Positions 8,066 through 19,900 of a stretch of 21,094 nt of DNA are shown here, one piece after another (within the stretch, counting starts at the first letter, position 1; each line of letters begins with the position of its first letter). The DNA is taken from positions 1 through 21,094 of the forward strand of contig JAQGDQ010001921.1 of NCBI GenBank assembly GCA_030141605.1, read 5' to 3'. Made by a program: the position numbers and the translations under genes. The notes beneath the pieces are model-generated. The model saw only the letters and a list, made by a program, of their open reading frames with translations, was not told where the DNA came from and did no database searches. The DNA is from Tubiluchus corallicola (lineage: Eukaryota; Animalia; Priapulida).

Positions 8066-11000
8066 TGAATTGCAGAGATAAGAAGTCGGGGGGAAAATGG
8101 ACTTATAAGCAACAGTAAATTCAAATCTATAGCAACAACATGGGAAGCAGCAACAAGCGAGTCTGAAAACTGCACTTGTTTTTTATGTCAATTTTTGCTT
8201 CGTAGATCGTGAATTGCAAAGATAAGAAGTCATGGGGAAAAGTGGACTTATAAGCAACAGTAAATTCAAATCTATAGCAACAACAGGGGAAGCAGCAACA
8301 AGCGAGTCTGAAAAATGCACTTGTTTTTTATGTCAATTTTTGCTTCGTAGATCGTGAATTGCAGAGATAAGAAGTCAGGGGGAAAAGTGGACTTATAAGC
8401 AACAGTAAATTCAAATCTATAGCAACAAGACGGGAAGCAGCAACAAGCGAGTCTGAAAAATGCACTTGTTTTTTTATGTAAATTTTTGCTTCGTAGATGG
8501 AATTGCAGAGATAAGAAGTCGGGGAAAAGTGGACTTATAAGAACAGTAAATTCAAATCTATAGCAACAAAGGGAAGCAGCAACAGCGAGTCTGAAAATGC
8601 ACTTGTTTTTTATGTCAATTTTTGCTTCGTGTGTGTTGGGTGTGGGTTGTTTTTTTGTTTTTTGTTGTGTGTGTTGGGTGGTGGGGGGTGGTTTGTTTTT
8701 TGGGAAGCAGCAACAAGCGAGTCTGAAAATGCACTTGTTTTTTATGTCAATTTTTGCTTCGTAGATCGTGAATTGCAGAGATAAGAAGTCAGGGGGAAAA
8801 GTGGACTTATAAGCAACAGTAAATTCAAATCTATAGCAACAAGATGGGAAGCAGCAACAAGCGAGTCTGAAAACTGCACTTGTTTTTTATGTCAATTTTT
8901 GCTTCGTAGATCGTGAATTGCAGAGATAAGAAGTCAGGGGGAAAAGTGGACTTATAAGCAACAGTAAATTCAAATCTATAGCAACAACATGGGAAGCAGC
9001 AACGAGCGAGTCTGAAAACTGCACTTGTTTTTTATGTCAATTTTTGCTTCGTAGATCGTGAATTGCAAAGATAAGAAGTCAGGGGGAAAAGTGGACTTAT
9101 AAGTAACAGTAAATTCAAATCTATAGCAACAAGACGGGAAGCAGCAACAAGCGAGTCTGAAAACTGCACTTGTTTTTTATGTCAATTTTTGCTTCGTAGA
9201 TCGTGAATTGCAGAGATAAGAAGTCAGGGGGAAAAGTGGACTTATAAGCAACAGTAAATTCAAATCTATAGCAACAAGATGGGAAGCAGCAACAAGCGAG
9301 TCTGAAAACTGCACTTGTTTTTTATGTCAATTTTTGCTTCGTAGATCGTGAATTGCAGAGATAAGAAGTCAGGGGGAAAAGTGGACTTATAAGCAACAGT
9401 AAATTCAAATCTATAGCAACAAGATGGGAAGCAGCAACAAGCGAGTCTGAAAACTGCACTTGTTTTTTATGTCAATTTTTGCTTCGTAGATCGTGAATTG
9501 CAGATAAGAAGTCAGGGGAAAAGTGGACTTATAAGCAACAGTAAATTCAAATCTATAGCAACAAGATGGGAAGCAGCAACAAGCGAGTCTGAAAACTGCA
9601 CTTGTTTTTTATGTCAATTTTTGCTTCGTAGATCGTGAATTGCAGAGATAAGAAGTCAGGGGGAAAAGTGGACTTATAAGCAACAGTAAATTCAAATCTA
9701 TAGCAACAAGATGGGAAGCAGCAACAAGCGAGTCTGAAAACTGCACTTGTTTTTTATGTCAATTTTTGCTTCGTAGATCGTGAATTGCAGAGATAAGAAG
9801 TCAGGGGGAAAAGTGGACTTATAAGCAACAGTAAATTCAAATCTATAGCAACAAGATGGGAAGCAGCAACAAGCGAGTCTGAAAACTGCACTTGTTTTTT
9901 ATGTCAATTTTTGCTTCGTAGATCGTGAATTGCAGAGATAAGAAGTCAGGGGGAAAAGTGGACTTATAAGCAACAGTAAATTCAAATCTATAGCAACAAG
10001 ATGGGAAGCAGCAACAAGCGAGTCTGAAAACTGCACTTGTTTTTTATGTCAATTTTTGCTTCGTAGATCGTGAATTGCAGAGATAAGAAGTCAGGGGGAA
10101 AAGTGGACTTATAAGCAACAGTAAATTCAAATCTATAGCAACAAGATGGGAAGCAGCAACAAGCGAGTCTGAAAACTGCACTTGTTTTTTATGTCAATTT
10201 TTGCTTCGTAGATCGTGAATTGCAGAGATAAGAAGTCAGGGGGAAAAGTGGACTTATAAGCAACAGTAAATTCAAATCTATAGCAACAAGACGAAGCAGC
10301 AACAAGCGAGTCTGAAACTGCACTTGTTTTTATGTCAATTTTTGCTTCGTAGATCGTGAATTGCAGAGATAAGAAGTCAGGGGGAAAAGTGGACTTATAA
10401 GCACAGTAAATTCAAATCTATAGCAACAAAGAGCAGCAACAGCGAGTCTGAAAACTGCACTTGTTTTTTATGTCAATTTTTGCTTCGTAGATCGTGAATT
10501 GCAGAGATAAGAAGTCAGGGGGAAAAGTGGACTTATAAGCAACAGTAAATTCAAATCTATAGCAACAAGAGGGAAGCAGCAACGAGCGAGTCTGAAAACT
10601 GCACTTGTTTTTTATGTCAATTTTTGCTTCGTAGATCGTGAATTGCAGAGATAAGAAGTCAGGGGGAAAAGTGGACTTATAAGCAACAGTAAATTCAAAT
10701 CTATAGCAACAAATGGGAAGCAGCAACAAGCGAGTCTGAAAACTGCACTTGTTTTTTATGTCAATTTTGCTCGTAGATCGTGAATTGCAGGGGTTGTGCT
10801 TGTTTTTTATGTCAATTTTGCTTAGATCGTGAATTGCAGAGATAGAAGTCAGGGGGAAAAGTGGACTTATAAGTAACAGTAAATTCAAATCTATAGCAAC
10901 AAGACGGGAAGCAGCAACAAGCGAGTCTGAAAACTGCACTTGTTTTTTATGTCAATTTTTGCTTCGTAGATCGTGAATTGCAGAGATAAGAAGTCAGGGG

Positions 11001-11837
11001 GAAAAGTGGACTTATAAGCAACAGTAAATTCAAATCTATAGCAACAAGACGGGAAGCAGCAACAAGCGAGTCTGAAAACTGCACTTGTTTTTTATGTCAA
11101 TTTTTGCTTCGTAGATCGTGAATTGCAGAGATAAGAAGTCAGGGGGAAAAGTGGACTTATAAGCAACAGTAAATTCAAATCTATAGCAACAACATGGGAA
11201 GCAGCAACGAGCGAGTCTGAAAACTGCACTTGTTTTTTATGTCAATTTTTGCTTCGTAGATCGTGAATTGCAGAGATAAGAAGTCAGGGGGAAAAGTGGA
11301 CTTATAAGCAACAGTAAATTCAAATCTATAGCAACAACATGGGAAGCAGCAACAAGCGAGTCTGAAAACTGCACTTGTTTTTTATGTCAATTTTTGCTTC
11401 GTAGATAGCGAATTGCAGAGATAAGAAGTCAGGGGGAAAAGTGGACTTATAAGTAACAGTAAATTCAAATCTATAGCAACAACATGTGAAGCAGCAACAA
11501 GCGAGTCTGAAAAATGCACTTGTTTTTTATGTCAATTTTTGCTTCGTAGATCGTGAATTGCAGAGATAAGAAGTCAGGGGGAAAAGTGGACTTATAAGTA
11601 ACAGTAAATTCAAATCTATAGCAACAAGACGGGAAGCAGCAACAAGCGAGTCTGAAAAATGCACTTGTTTTTTATGTCAATTTTTGCTTCGTAGATCGTG
11701 AATTGCAGAGATAAGAAGTCAGGGGGAAAAGTGGACTTATAAGTAACAGTAAATTCAAATCTATAGCAACAACATGGGAAGCAGCAACAAGCGAGTCTGA
11801 AAAATGCACTTGTTTTTTTATGTAAATTTTTGCTTCG
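8066..11837. repeat. 145-bp satellite array, ~26 copies
   Basis: Unit gaattgcagagataagaagtcagggggaaaagtgg...tttttgcttcgtagatcgt, starts 8770, 8915, 9060 and onward. Central copies are nearly identical; disrupted at ~8631-8700 and ~10790. Confidence 0.98.
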
Positions 11838-12540
11838 CTGAAACGTTTTATTTGCCAATGCGGACAGCAGGAGAAGTTTTTCAACTGAAAATGCATAAAC
11901 TTGAGGCTGAACAAATACCTTATGCAAATAAACTGGTTAGCAGTGCACTTTGTTGTAGGCGAAGTTTATTGGTTTCTAAATATTTGCAACAGAAAATTTA
12001 GTTAGTCTAAAACAGTGTAAAGTTTGGACGTGGTTTGGTTTAGCCTTAATTAAAGGTGAATTAACGAGTTTAACTCTTGTGCGTAACCCGGAAATACTTT
12101 TTTTTACTAAACCGTATGCATTCAGCTGACAAATGCTTTTGTACTAAACCATTTGCACTCACTCTTTGTAAAAAGGCACAAAAACTCACAGGCAAATATG
12201 CTTGTGAAAAATTTAAATATACATATTAATATATGTATAAATGTATAAATATATATGAATGTATAATGTATAATATAATAAATGTAATAACTTGAAATTT
12301 AGTGCACGATATGAGTTATAGCACATTTTGTGGACGTAAATTACAGAATTTCTTGTGCGTGCGTGTGTGCGTGCGTGCCTGTGTGTGTATCTATTTGTGT
12401 TTGTTTGTACACACGTTACTTTATTTTATGTCCACTTTTGACGATACCTAAACTTGCACGGTCAGAATTCGTGTATCAGTTTTAAAAGCTGCCTAATCTG
12501 AACCAAATAAACCATGTTTAAACTGAACTAAAAAAGAAAT

Positions 12541-12824
12541 AACCCTCACTTCTTACCCTAACCCTAACCCCTTACACTCACCCTAACCTCCTACACTCAC
12601 CCTAACCTCTTACCCCAATCCTAACCCTTTACCCTCACCTTAACCTCTTACCCTAACCCTTTACCCTCAGCCTCACCCTCACTCTAACCCCTTACCCTAA
12701 CCCTAACCCTTACCCTCACCCTAACCTCTTACCCTAACCTCACCCTCACCCTTACCCCTTACCCTAACCCTAACCTCTTACCCTAACCTCACCCTCACCC
12801 TTACCCCTTACCCTAACCCTAACC
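12541..12824. repeat. Degenerate interstitial telomere-like (CCCTAA)n tract
   Basis: Mix of CCCTAA, CCCTCA, CCCTTA and CTCTTA units; a 49-bp block is duplicated at 12721 and 12770. Confidence 0.9.
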
Positions 12825-13146
12825 AAATTTATTTGTGACTTATTTCTTGTGACTTGTTTCGTAGCCAAAATAGTAACTTTATTACCGGTTACTGTATGTT
12901 TTTCACCGTACAGTATTTTAAGCAGTAGGGCACACCTTTGAAGTGACTAGTGTCTTTCATGAAGTTGAGTGGCTGTTGATTTATTAATACCTGTACTGAT
13001 TCTGTACCATGTACTAAAGTACGCGTCTGTGGTGCGCATACACTAAATTCTGTGCTCTCAGAACCCTCAAATTTTAATATTATCAGGATCAAAGCTCAAC
13101 TGACACCTCACAAACCATTCAGATTTAATATCATCGAGTCGTGAGC

Positions 13147-13260
13147 TATGTAGTAAGCTTATTTAAGTTTGATGGCTTCAGCACGTACTTGGCTTCATTC
13201 ATTTGAGCACATTGTAGCTATACACGAGGCTGGAGCGCATGTAAAGAATGATCAGAATGA

Positions 13261-13294
<34 letters not shown>

Positions 13295-13318
13295 AGGGAG
13301 GGAGACAGACAGACAAAC

Positions 13319-13373
<55 letters not shown>

Positions 13374-13381
13374 CAGAGACA

Positions 13382-13427
<46 letters not shown>

Positions 13428-13555
13428 GGGGGGGATTAAAGGCCTGAACTGTATTAGAAGTTGAATTAATATGTAGTAAGCTTATTTAAGTTTGGTGGCT
13501 TCAGGACTTGGATGGCTTCATTCATTTGAGCACATTGTAGCTATATATACGAGGC
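13147..13555. repeat. ~85-bp direct repeat bracketing the GA microsatellite
   Basis: tatgtagtaagcttatttaagtttg.tggcttcag...tggcttcattcatttgagcacattgtagctata...acgaggc at 13147-13230 and 13470-13555. Confidence 0.88.
13263..13435. repeat. Compound (GA)n/(GACA)n microsatellite with G runs
   Basis: Directly visible polypurine tract. Confidence 0.97.
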
Positions 13556-14064
13556 GTAATATTTACCCCTAGGGAATTGAAAATAAATGAATGCGATCAC
13601 GTTGTAAATATCCGACTGGTTTCACAATGAAGCCACACTACCTGGCAATGAAGCCACACTACCTGCTGATATTACTTCTGTTATTGCCGGAGGTCTTCGT
13701 GCATTCATATCAGTGGCAAACATTTTAGTTCCCTGTTTGTTTTGCTTATTGAACCACCCCTTTGTTCCAGCGAATATGACAGTATTTGCACACACCTTTC
13801 TGATTAAGGGCATTGAAGCCAGGTACATGGCTTCCAGTGTAATAATATGGGAGCCATGTTTGCAGTGGTTTCGTCACGCACGTTTCTGTTTCTGTGTTTT
13901 AGCTGGTGTCAAATGGGGGTTTTGTTTGCCCTAATGAGCTGAGCGTGATTACTTGTTTGGCTTCAGCTGCGAAGTTGGTTGGTAAATAGAAACCCAGAAA
14001 TGTTGCAGAGAGCGTGTAAGAATGATTCCTTTAATAACGTGGCAAAAGCTCGCAGGCAACAGAT

Positions 14065-16089
14065 GCAAAAGCTCACAGAACTTGACCCCTGTGTCCCGTG
14101 CATACGGAGTTCAATGCTTGGATCTGTGACACTTTAACCCTTGTCTGTCCCTGGTCACGTACAGAAGTGGAGTAGTGGAAGTCAAACACTTGCAAAAGGT
14201 CACAGAACTTGACCCCTGTGTCCCGTGCATACCGAGTTTAACGCTTGGATCTGTGACTCTTTGACCCTTGTCTGTCCCTGGTCACGTACAGAAGTGGAGT
14301 AGTGGAAGTCAAACACTTGCAAAAGGTCACAGAACTTGACCCCTGTGTCCCGTGCATACGGAGTTCAATGCGTGGATCTGTAACTCTTTGACCCTTGTCT
14401 GTCCCTGGTCACGTACAGAAGTGGAGTAGTGGAAGTCAAACACTTGCAAAAGGTCACAGAACTTGACCCCTGCGTCCCGTGCATAGCGAGTTTAATGCTT
14501 GGATCTGTAACTCTTTGACCCTTGTCTGTCCCTGGTCACGTACAGAAGTGGAGTAGTGGAAGTCAAACACTTGCAAAAGGTCACAGAACTTGACCCCTGT
14601 GTCCGGTGCATACGGAGTTCAATGCTTGGATCTGTAACTCTTTGACCCTTGTCTGTCCCTGGTCAGTACAGAAGTGGAGTAGTGGAAGTCAAACACTTGC
14701 AAAAGGTCACAGAACTTGACCCCTGTGTCCGGTGCATACGGAGTTCAATGCTTGGATCTGTAACTTTTTGACCCTTGTCTGTCCCTGGTCGCCTACAGAA
14801 GTGGAGTAGTGGAAGTCAAACACTTGCAAAAGGTCACAGAACTTGACCCCTGCGTCCCGTGCATAGCGAGTTTAATGCTTGGATCTGTAACTCTTTGACC
14901 CTTGTCTGTCCCTGGTCACCTACAGAAGTGGAGTAGTGGAAGTCAAACACTTGCAAAAGGTCACAGAACTTGACCCCTGTGTCCGGTGCATACGGAGTTC
15001 AATGCTTGGATCTGTAACTCTTTGACCCTTGTCTGTCCCTGGTCACGTACAGAAGTGGAGTAGTGGAAGTCAAACACTTGCAAAAGGTCACAGAACTTGA
15101 CCCCTGCGTCCCGTGCATAGCGAGTTTAATGCTTGGATCTGTAACTCTTTGACCCTTGTCTGTCCCTGGTCGCATACAGAAGTGGAGTAGTGGAAGTCAA
15201 ACACTTGCAAAAGGTCACAGAACTTGACCCCTGTGTCCGGTGCATACGGAGTTCAATGCTTGGATCTGTAACTCTTTGACCCTTGTCTGTCCCTGGTCAG
15301 TACAGAAGTGGAGTAGTGGAAGTCAAACACTTGCAAAAGGTCACAGAACTTGACCCCTGTGTCCGGTGCATACGGAGTTCAATGCTTGGATCTGTAACTC
15401 TTTGACCCTTGTCTGTCCCTGGTCAGTACAGAAGTGGAGTAGTGGAAGTCAAACACTTGCAAAAGGTCACAGAACTTGACCCCTGTGTCCGGTGCATACG
15501 GAGTTCAATGCTTGGATCTGTAACTCTTTGACCCTTGTCTGTCCCTGGTCAGTACAGAAGTGGAGTAGTGGAAGTCAAACACTTGCAAAAGGTCACAGAA
15601 CTTGACCCCTGTGTCCGGTGCATACGGAGTTCAATGCTTGGATCTGTAACTCTTTGACCCTTGTCTGTCCCTGGTCAGTACAGAAGTGGAGTAGTGGAAG
15701 TCAAACACTTGCAAAAGGTCACAGAACTTGACCCCTGTGTCCGGTGCATACGGAGTTCAATGCTTGGATCTGTAACTCTTTGACCCTTGTCTGTCCCTGG
15801 TCAGTACAGAAGTGGAGTAGTGGAAGTCAAACACTTGCAAAAGGTCACAGAACTTGACCCCTGTGTCCGGTGCATACGGAGTTCAATGCTTGGATCTGTA
15901 ACTCTTTGACCCTTGTCTGTCCCTGGTCGCGTACAGAAGTGGAGTAGTGGAAGTCAAACACTTGCAAAAGGTCACAGAACTTGACCCCTGTGTCCGGTGC
16001 ATACGGAGTTCAATGCTTGGATCTGTAACTCTTTGACCCTTGTCTGTCCCTGGTCACATACAGAAGTGGAGTAGTGGAAGTCAAACACT
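14065..16089. repeat. 127/126-bp satellite array, 16 copies
   Basis: Unit gcaaaaggtcacagaacttgacccctgtgtcc...gaagtggagtagtggaagtcaaacactt, starts 14065, 14192, 14319 and onward. Confidence 0.98.
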
Positions 16090-16105
16090 CGTAGTTACTT
16101 GTCTA

Positions 16106-16316
16106 GCAACTCAACTTTTCACAGTTACTGTGAGAGTTAGGAATTAGTTAGAGATTATTCCTTTTTAACCTGCTGCACCCTGGCGAGTCATACAATTGTA
16201 GTTAGTTGGCTTTAACCTGTGCAACTCAACTTTTCAAGTCATTGTAAAAGTTAGAGAATTAGTTAGAGATTATTCCTTTTTAACGTGAAACCTGCTGCTC
16301 CCTGGTGAGTCAAACA
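16106..16316. repeat. Diverged ~115-bp tandem duplication
   Basis: gcaactcaacttttca...gaattagttagagattattcctttttaac...cctgctgc.ccctgg.gagtca at 16106 and 16221. Confidence 0.85.
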
Positions 16317-16949
16317 CTAAATTCCGTGTAGTTAGGTACTTTGAACGATTGATAATCAATTTTTTATAGTCACTATGAAAAATAATCGTTTAGTCACGCC
16401 ACTATAAATGTGGAAAGACTATCTGTTCCTTTCATAGTTGCGCGTCTAAGTTAGTATTTTTCACATGGACTGTGAAACGTTGACTTGTAAGGTCATGAGC
16501 AATAAGACCGTGGTTCAAATCCAACTGCTGTCCGTCTTTTTCACGTTTCATTTCTAGCATGCACGAAATTTGATGATAATTGCTGGTTCATTCGATCTTA
16601 TACCTGTTTATTCGCTTGTGGCGGCGTTCTTTGATTTCTGTGCTTAATGATCACCTGAGATTTTTTACGTGGTGTGACGTTACATGACAATAATTATTCC
16701 TGCAATGAAATCCCTCGTACACGTTAATCGGTTCCATGTTGTGATAGGGCACTTGTACAAAGCTGTCAGATACAACTGATAAAACTGTGTAATATCTGTC
16801 ACGTATTATTTCGTTTGGCAGCGTGCCAAGTTTTCTTTGCCTTTCAGTTCTCACGTTGCGGTCGGTGATTTGTTTGATAGTCAGTTTGGAAACTTTGCTC
16901 TCTTTTTTCTAGTTTCTAGACGGTCTCGAGTTTTGCCTTCTGTTTACTG

Positions 16950-17268
16950 CAGACAGTGTTGTCATGATTAAGTTTCATTGAGCTGTGTTGAAGATTAACC
17001 TCAGCAAAGCTTTATCATCGTCGTCGTTGTTGTCTCCATCATCACCATCGTCATCATCATCATCAGACAGTGTTGTCATGATTAAGTTTCATTGAGCTGT
17101 GTTGAAGATTAACCTCAGCAAAGCTTTATCATCGTCGTCGTTGTTGTCGCCATCATCACCATCGTCATCATCATCATCAGACAGTGTTGTCATGATTAAG
17201 TTTCATTGAGCTGTGTTGAAGATGAACCTCAGCAAAGCTTTATCGTCGTCGTCGTTGTTGTCTCCATC
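16950..17268. repeat. 114-bp tandem repeat, ~2.8 copies, each with a (TCA/TCG)n-rich tail
   Basis: agacagtgttgtcatgattaagtttcattgagctgtg at 16951, 17065, 17179. Confidence 0.95.
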
Positions 17269-17288
17269 TAACTTTACTTTTACCTTAA

Positions 17289-17680
17289 GCCTAACCCTAA
17301 CCCTAACACTGTTCTTAACTCCAACCTAACCCTAACCCTAACTCTAACCCTGTTCTTAACTCCAACCTAAACCTAGGCCTGTTCTTAACCCCAACCCGAA
17401 CCTAACCCTAACCCTGTTCTTAACTCCAACCTAAACCTAGGCCTGTTCTTAACCCCAACCCGAACCTAACCCTAACCCTGTTTCTAACCCCAACCTAACC
17501 CTAACCCTGTTCTTAATCCCAACCTAAACCTAGGCCTGTTCCTAACCCCAACCCGAACCTAGCCCTAACCCTGTTTCTAACCCCAACCCAAACCTAACCC
17601 TAACCCTAACCCTGTTCTTAACCCCAACCTAAACCTAGGCCTATTCCTAACCCCAACCCAAACCTAACCCTAACTCTAAC
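17289..17680. repeat. Degenerate telomere-like (CCCTAA) tract with recurring longer blocks
   Basis: ctaacc/ccctaa units interleaved with recurring cctgttcttaaccccaacc and aacctaggcctg blocks. Confidence 0.9.
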
Positions 17681-18520
17681 TAGGCCTGCTGTTTGTATTG
17701 CCTAAATGACATGATTCTAGTCACAAAGAAGAGACATTTGTTATAACTAGGCCTGCTGTTTGTATTGCCTAAACGACATGATTCTAGTCACAAAGAAGAG
17801 ACATTTGTTATAACTAGGTCTGGTGTTTGTATTGCCTAAATGACATGATTCTAGTCACAAAGAAGGGACATTTGTTATAACTGGGTCTGTTGTTTGTATT
17901 GCCTAAATGACGACATGATTCTAGTCACAAAGAAGGGACATTTGTTATAACTAGGCCTGGTGTTTGTATTGCTTAAATGACGACATGATTCCAGTCACAA
18001 AGAAGGGACATTTGTTATAACTAGGCTTGGTGTTTGTATTGCTTAAATGACATGATTCTAGTCATAGAGAAGGGACATTTGTTATAACTAGGCCTGGTGT
18101 TTGTATTGCCTAAATGACATGATTCTAGTCACAGAGAAGAGACATTTGTTATAACTAGGCCTGTTGTTTGTATTGCCTAAATGACGACATGATTCTAGTC
18201 ATAGAGAATGGACATTTGTTATAACTATGTCTGGTGTTTGTATTGCTTAAACGACATGATTCTAGTCACAAAGAAGGGACATTTGTTATAACTAGGCCTG
18301 GTGTTTGTATTGCTTAAACGACATGATTCTAGTCACAAAGAAGGGACATTTGTTATAACTAGGCCTGGTGTTTGTATTGCCTAAACGACATGATTCTAGT
18401 CACAAAGAAGGGACATTTGTTATAACTAGGCCTGGTGTTTGTATTGCCTAAACGACATGATTCTAGTCACAGAGAAGAGACATTTGTTATAACTAGGCTT
18501 GGTATTTGTATTGCCTAAAT
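17678..18520. repeat. 67-bp tandem repeat (some 70 bp with an extra GAC), ~12.5 copies
   Basis: Unit aactaggcctggtgtttgtattgcctaaatgacatgattctagtcacaaagaagggacatttgttat. Confidence 0.97.
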
Positions 18521-18610
18521 GGCAGCCATTAGTGATTTATCGTCTTTACTTAGCATCAGTTGAGGGTCAATTTTTCATTTGTTACCCTTCATACAAATTG
18601 TAGGCTTCTC

Positions 18611-18720
18611 CAATGAGCCATTAATAATGGAACAGGAGCGGACCCATTAAATAATTTGCTACCTAGCGGTCTGGCTTCTGATTGCAACGATGACGTCATG
18701 ATATTAGCCCCGCCCCTTGC
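18611..18720. promoter_or_regulatory. Candidate Pol II proximal promoter motifs (CCAAT, CRE, GC box)
   Basis: CCAAT at 18611, palindromic ATGACGTCAT at 18690-18699 and GCCCCGCCCC at 18707-18716, followed by CpG-rich sequence to ~19060. Motif evidence only. Confidence 0.3.
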
Positions 18721-19808
18721 GGTAGGTAACGACTTGTCGAACTGCCTACGATGGTCAGTTCTTTTCGTTTCTGTGTTCTCTCTTTATCAGGTAACTCTGC
18801 ATAAAAAGTTTTGTACTCGTTACAAACAGATGGTACGCCCTTCGTAGAGCTTCAAGCCTAGATAATGGTCTAAGGGAATGGGACGAGGGTGGTGCTGGCT
18901 ATGGATAGATAGCCCGTTCAGCAGTGGGTGTAGTAGGCATATTTAGAATTCCCGCGAGGACCACGGCGTCCCGTAACGGGCGTTTTCCCGGACCCAACTC
19001 GCGATTTTTTCGAAATTTTGACCAAACAGCCTGCAGAAAAAATGTTCTAGCGTCGCCTGGTGGGACTCTCGAAAAGAGATATACGGCTCTTTAGAAAGAG
19101 GAAGAACAGGGCTACACGACGATGTGGGCTACATTTTATAGGACAGGTCCACCGAGAGGAGTACTGGCGAGTTAATTACATGTTCTGTTTTCGGCAATTT
19201 TCGCTTAGAAAACTGCTGACGCAATGCCATTGTTCTGACGTCATCCATTGTACTCTGTCTATAACTTTAATTCAGTAAAAGCTGCTGCTGCTGGCTTTGC
19301 GTTAGGTAAGTAGACAGGATGTTACGGGCTTTGTGTTATAAATGAGGATAATACCAAAAATGACCATTTGCTGTTTTTCTCTAGTAAACGTTTGCATTTT
19401 CATTTTGGAGTTGCTGAAGTTCGTTTATTTCTTCATCAATTCGTTCATTATTTCTGCTTTGAGTTGATTTTTGTTGCTTTTGCCTTTTATATATACACAG
19501 ACATCTAAAAATGTCATGAGCCTGTGAGTAAACTTGTATTTTTAATAAGGGCAGCTGACCAAGTGACCAAGTAATCAAAATTTCTATCAGTATCCATCCT
19601 CACAGTAGTTGCAAAACAGTGGTGTTATCTTAATCAAGTTATCTTAATTTTACATACTATTAACAAATAATAGTCTTTCTATCTTTTATATCATCCGATA
19701 TATGAGCTTCATTCATTACATCATTCCATTTTAAGCACTAATGTTTTCTTTATCACACGATTCACTTTAAATTTTCAGATTATTTCCATTACTTTTTCTT
19801 CTATCACT

Positions 19809-19900
19809 GTGTGGGACAATCTAACAAGCCCAGCTTTTAGTGTGGGACAATCTAACAAGCCCTGCTTTTAGTGTGGGACAATCTAACAAGCCCTGCTTTT
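19809..19900. repeat. 31-bp minisatellite, 3 copies
   Basis: gtgtgggacaatctaacaagccc(a/t)gctttt at 19809, 19840, 19871. Confidence 0.93.

Noticed and set aside
10418-12001. ORFs of 65-173 aa in or overlapping the 145-bp array
   Set aside because: They are translations of satellite monomers, with the frame shifting each unit and lengthened by probable consensus indels.
12215-12400. AT-rich and (GT/GC)n low-complexity stretches
   Set aside because: Ordinary simple-sequence decay with no further structure.
13169-13447. Arg/Glu-rich ORFs
   Set aside because: These are simply translations of the (GA)n microsatellite.
12041-14035. TTAAAGG/CCTTTAA motifs as Kolobok- or piggyBac-type ends
   Set aside because: I could not find a matching inverted partner beyond the first few bases.
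16604-16654. 51-nt open exon-like segment on the - strand (VIIKHRNQRTPPQANKQ)
   Set aside because: The acceptor is preceded by an A run rather than pyrimidines. It shows how readily such candidates arise by chance.
16950-17268. 114-bp (38-codon) repeat as an Asp-rich coding repeat on the - strand
   Set aside because: The GAT/GAC-rich frame hits TGA within each unit, so there is no continuous ORF.
3260-18520. CRISPR-like interpretation of the regular arrays
   Set aside because: Units repeat head-to-tail with no unique spacers, no cas genes are present, and the context is eukaryotic.
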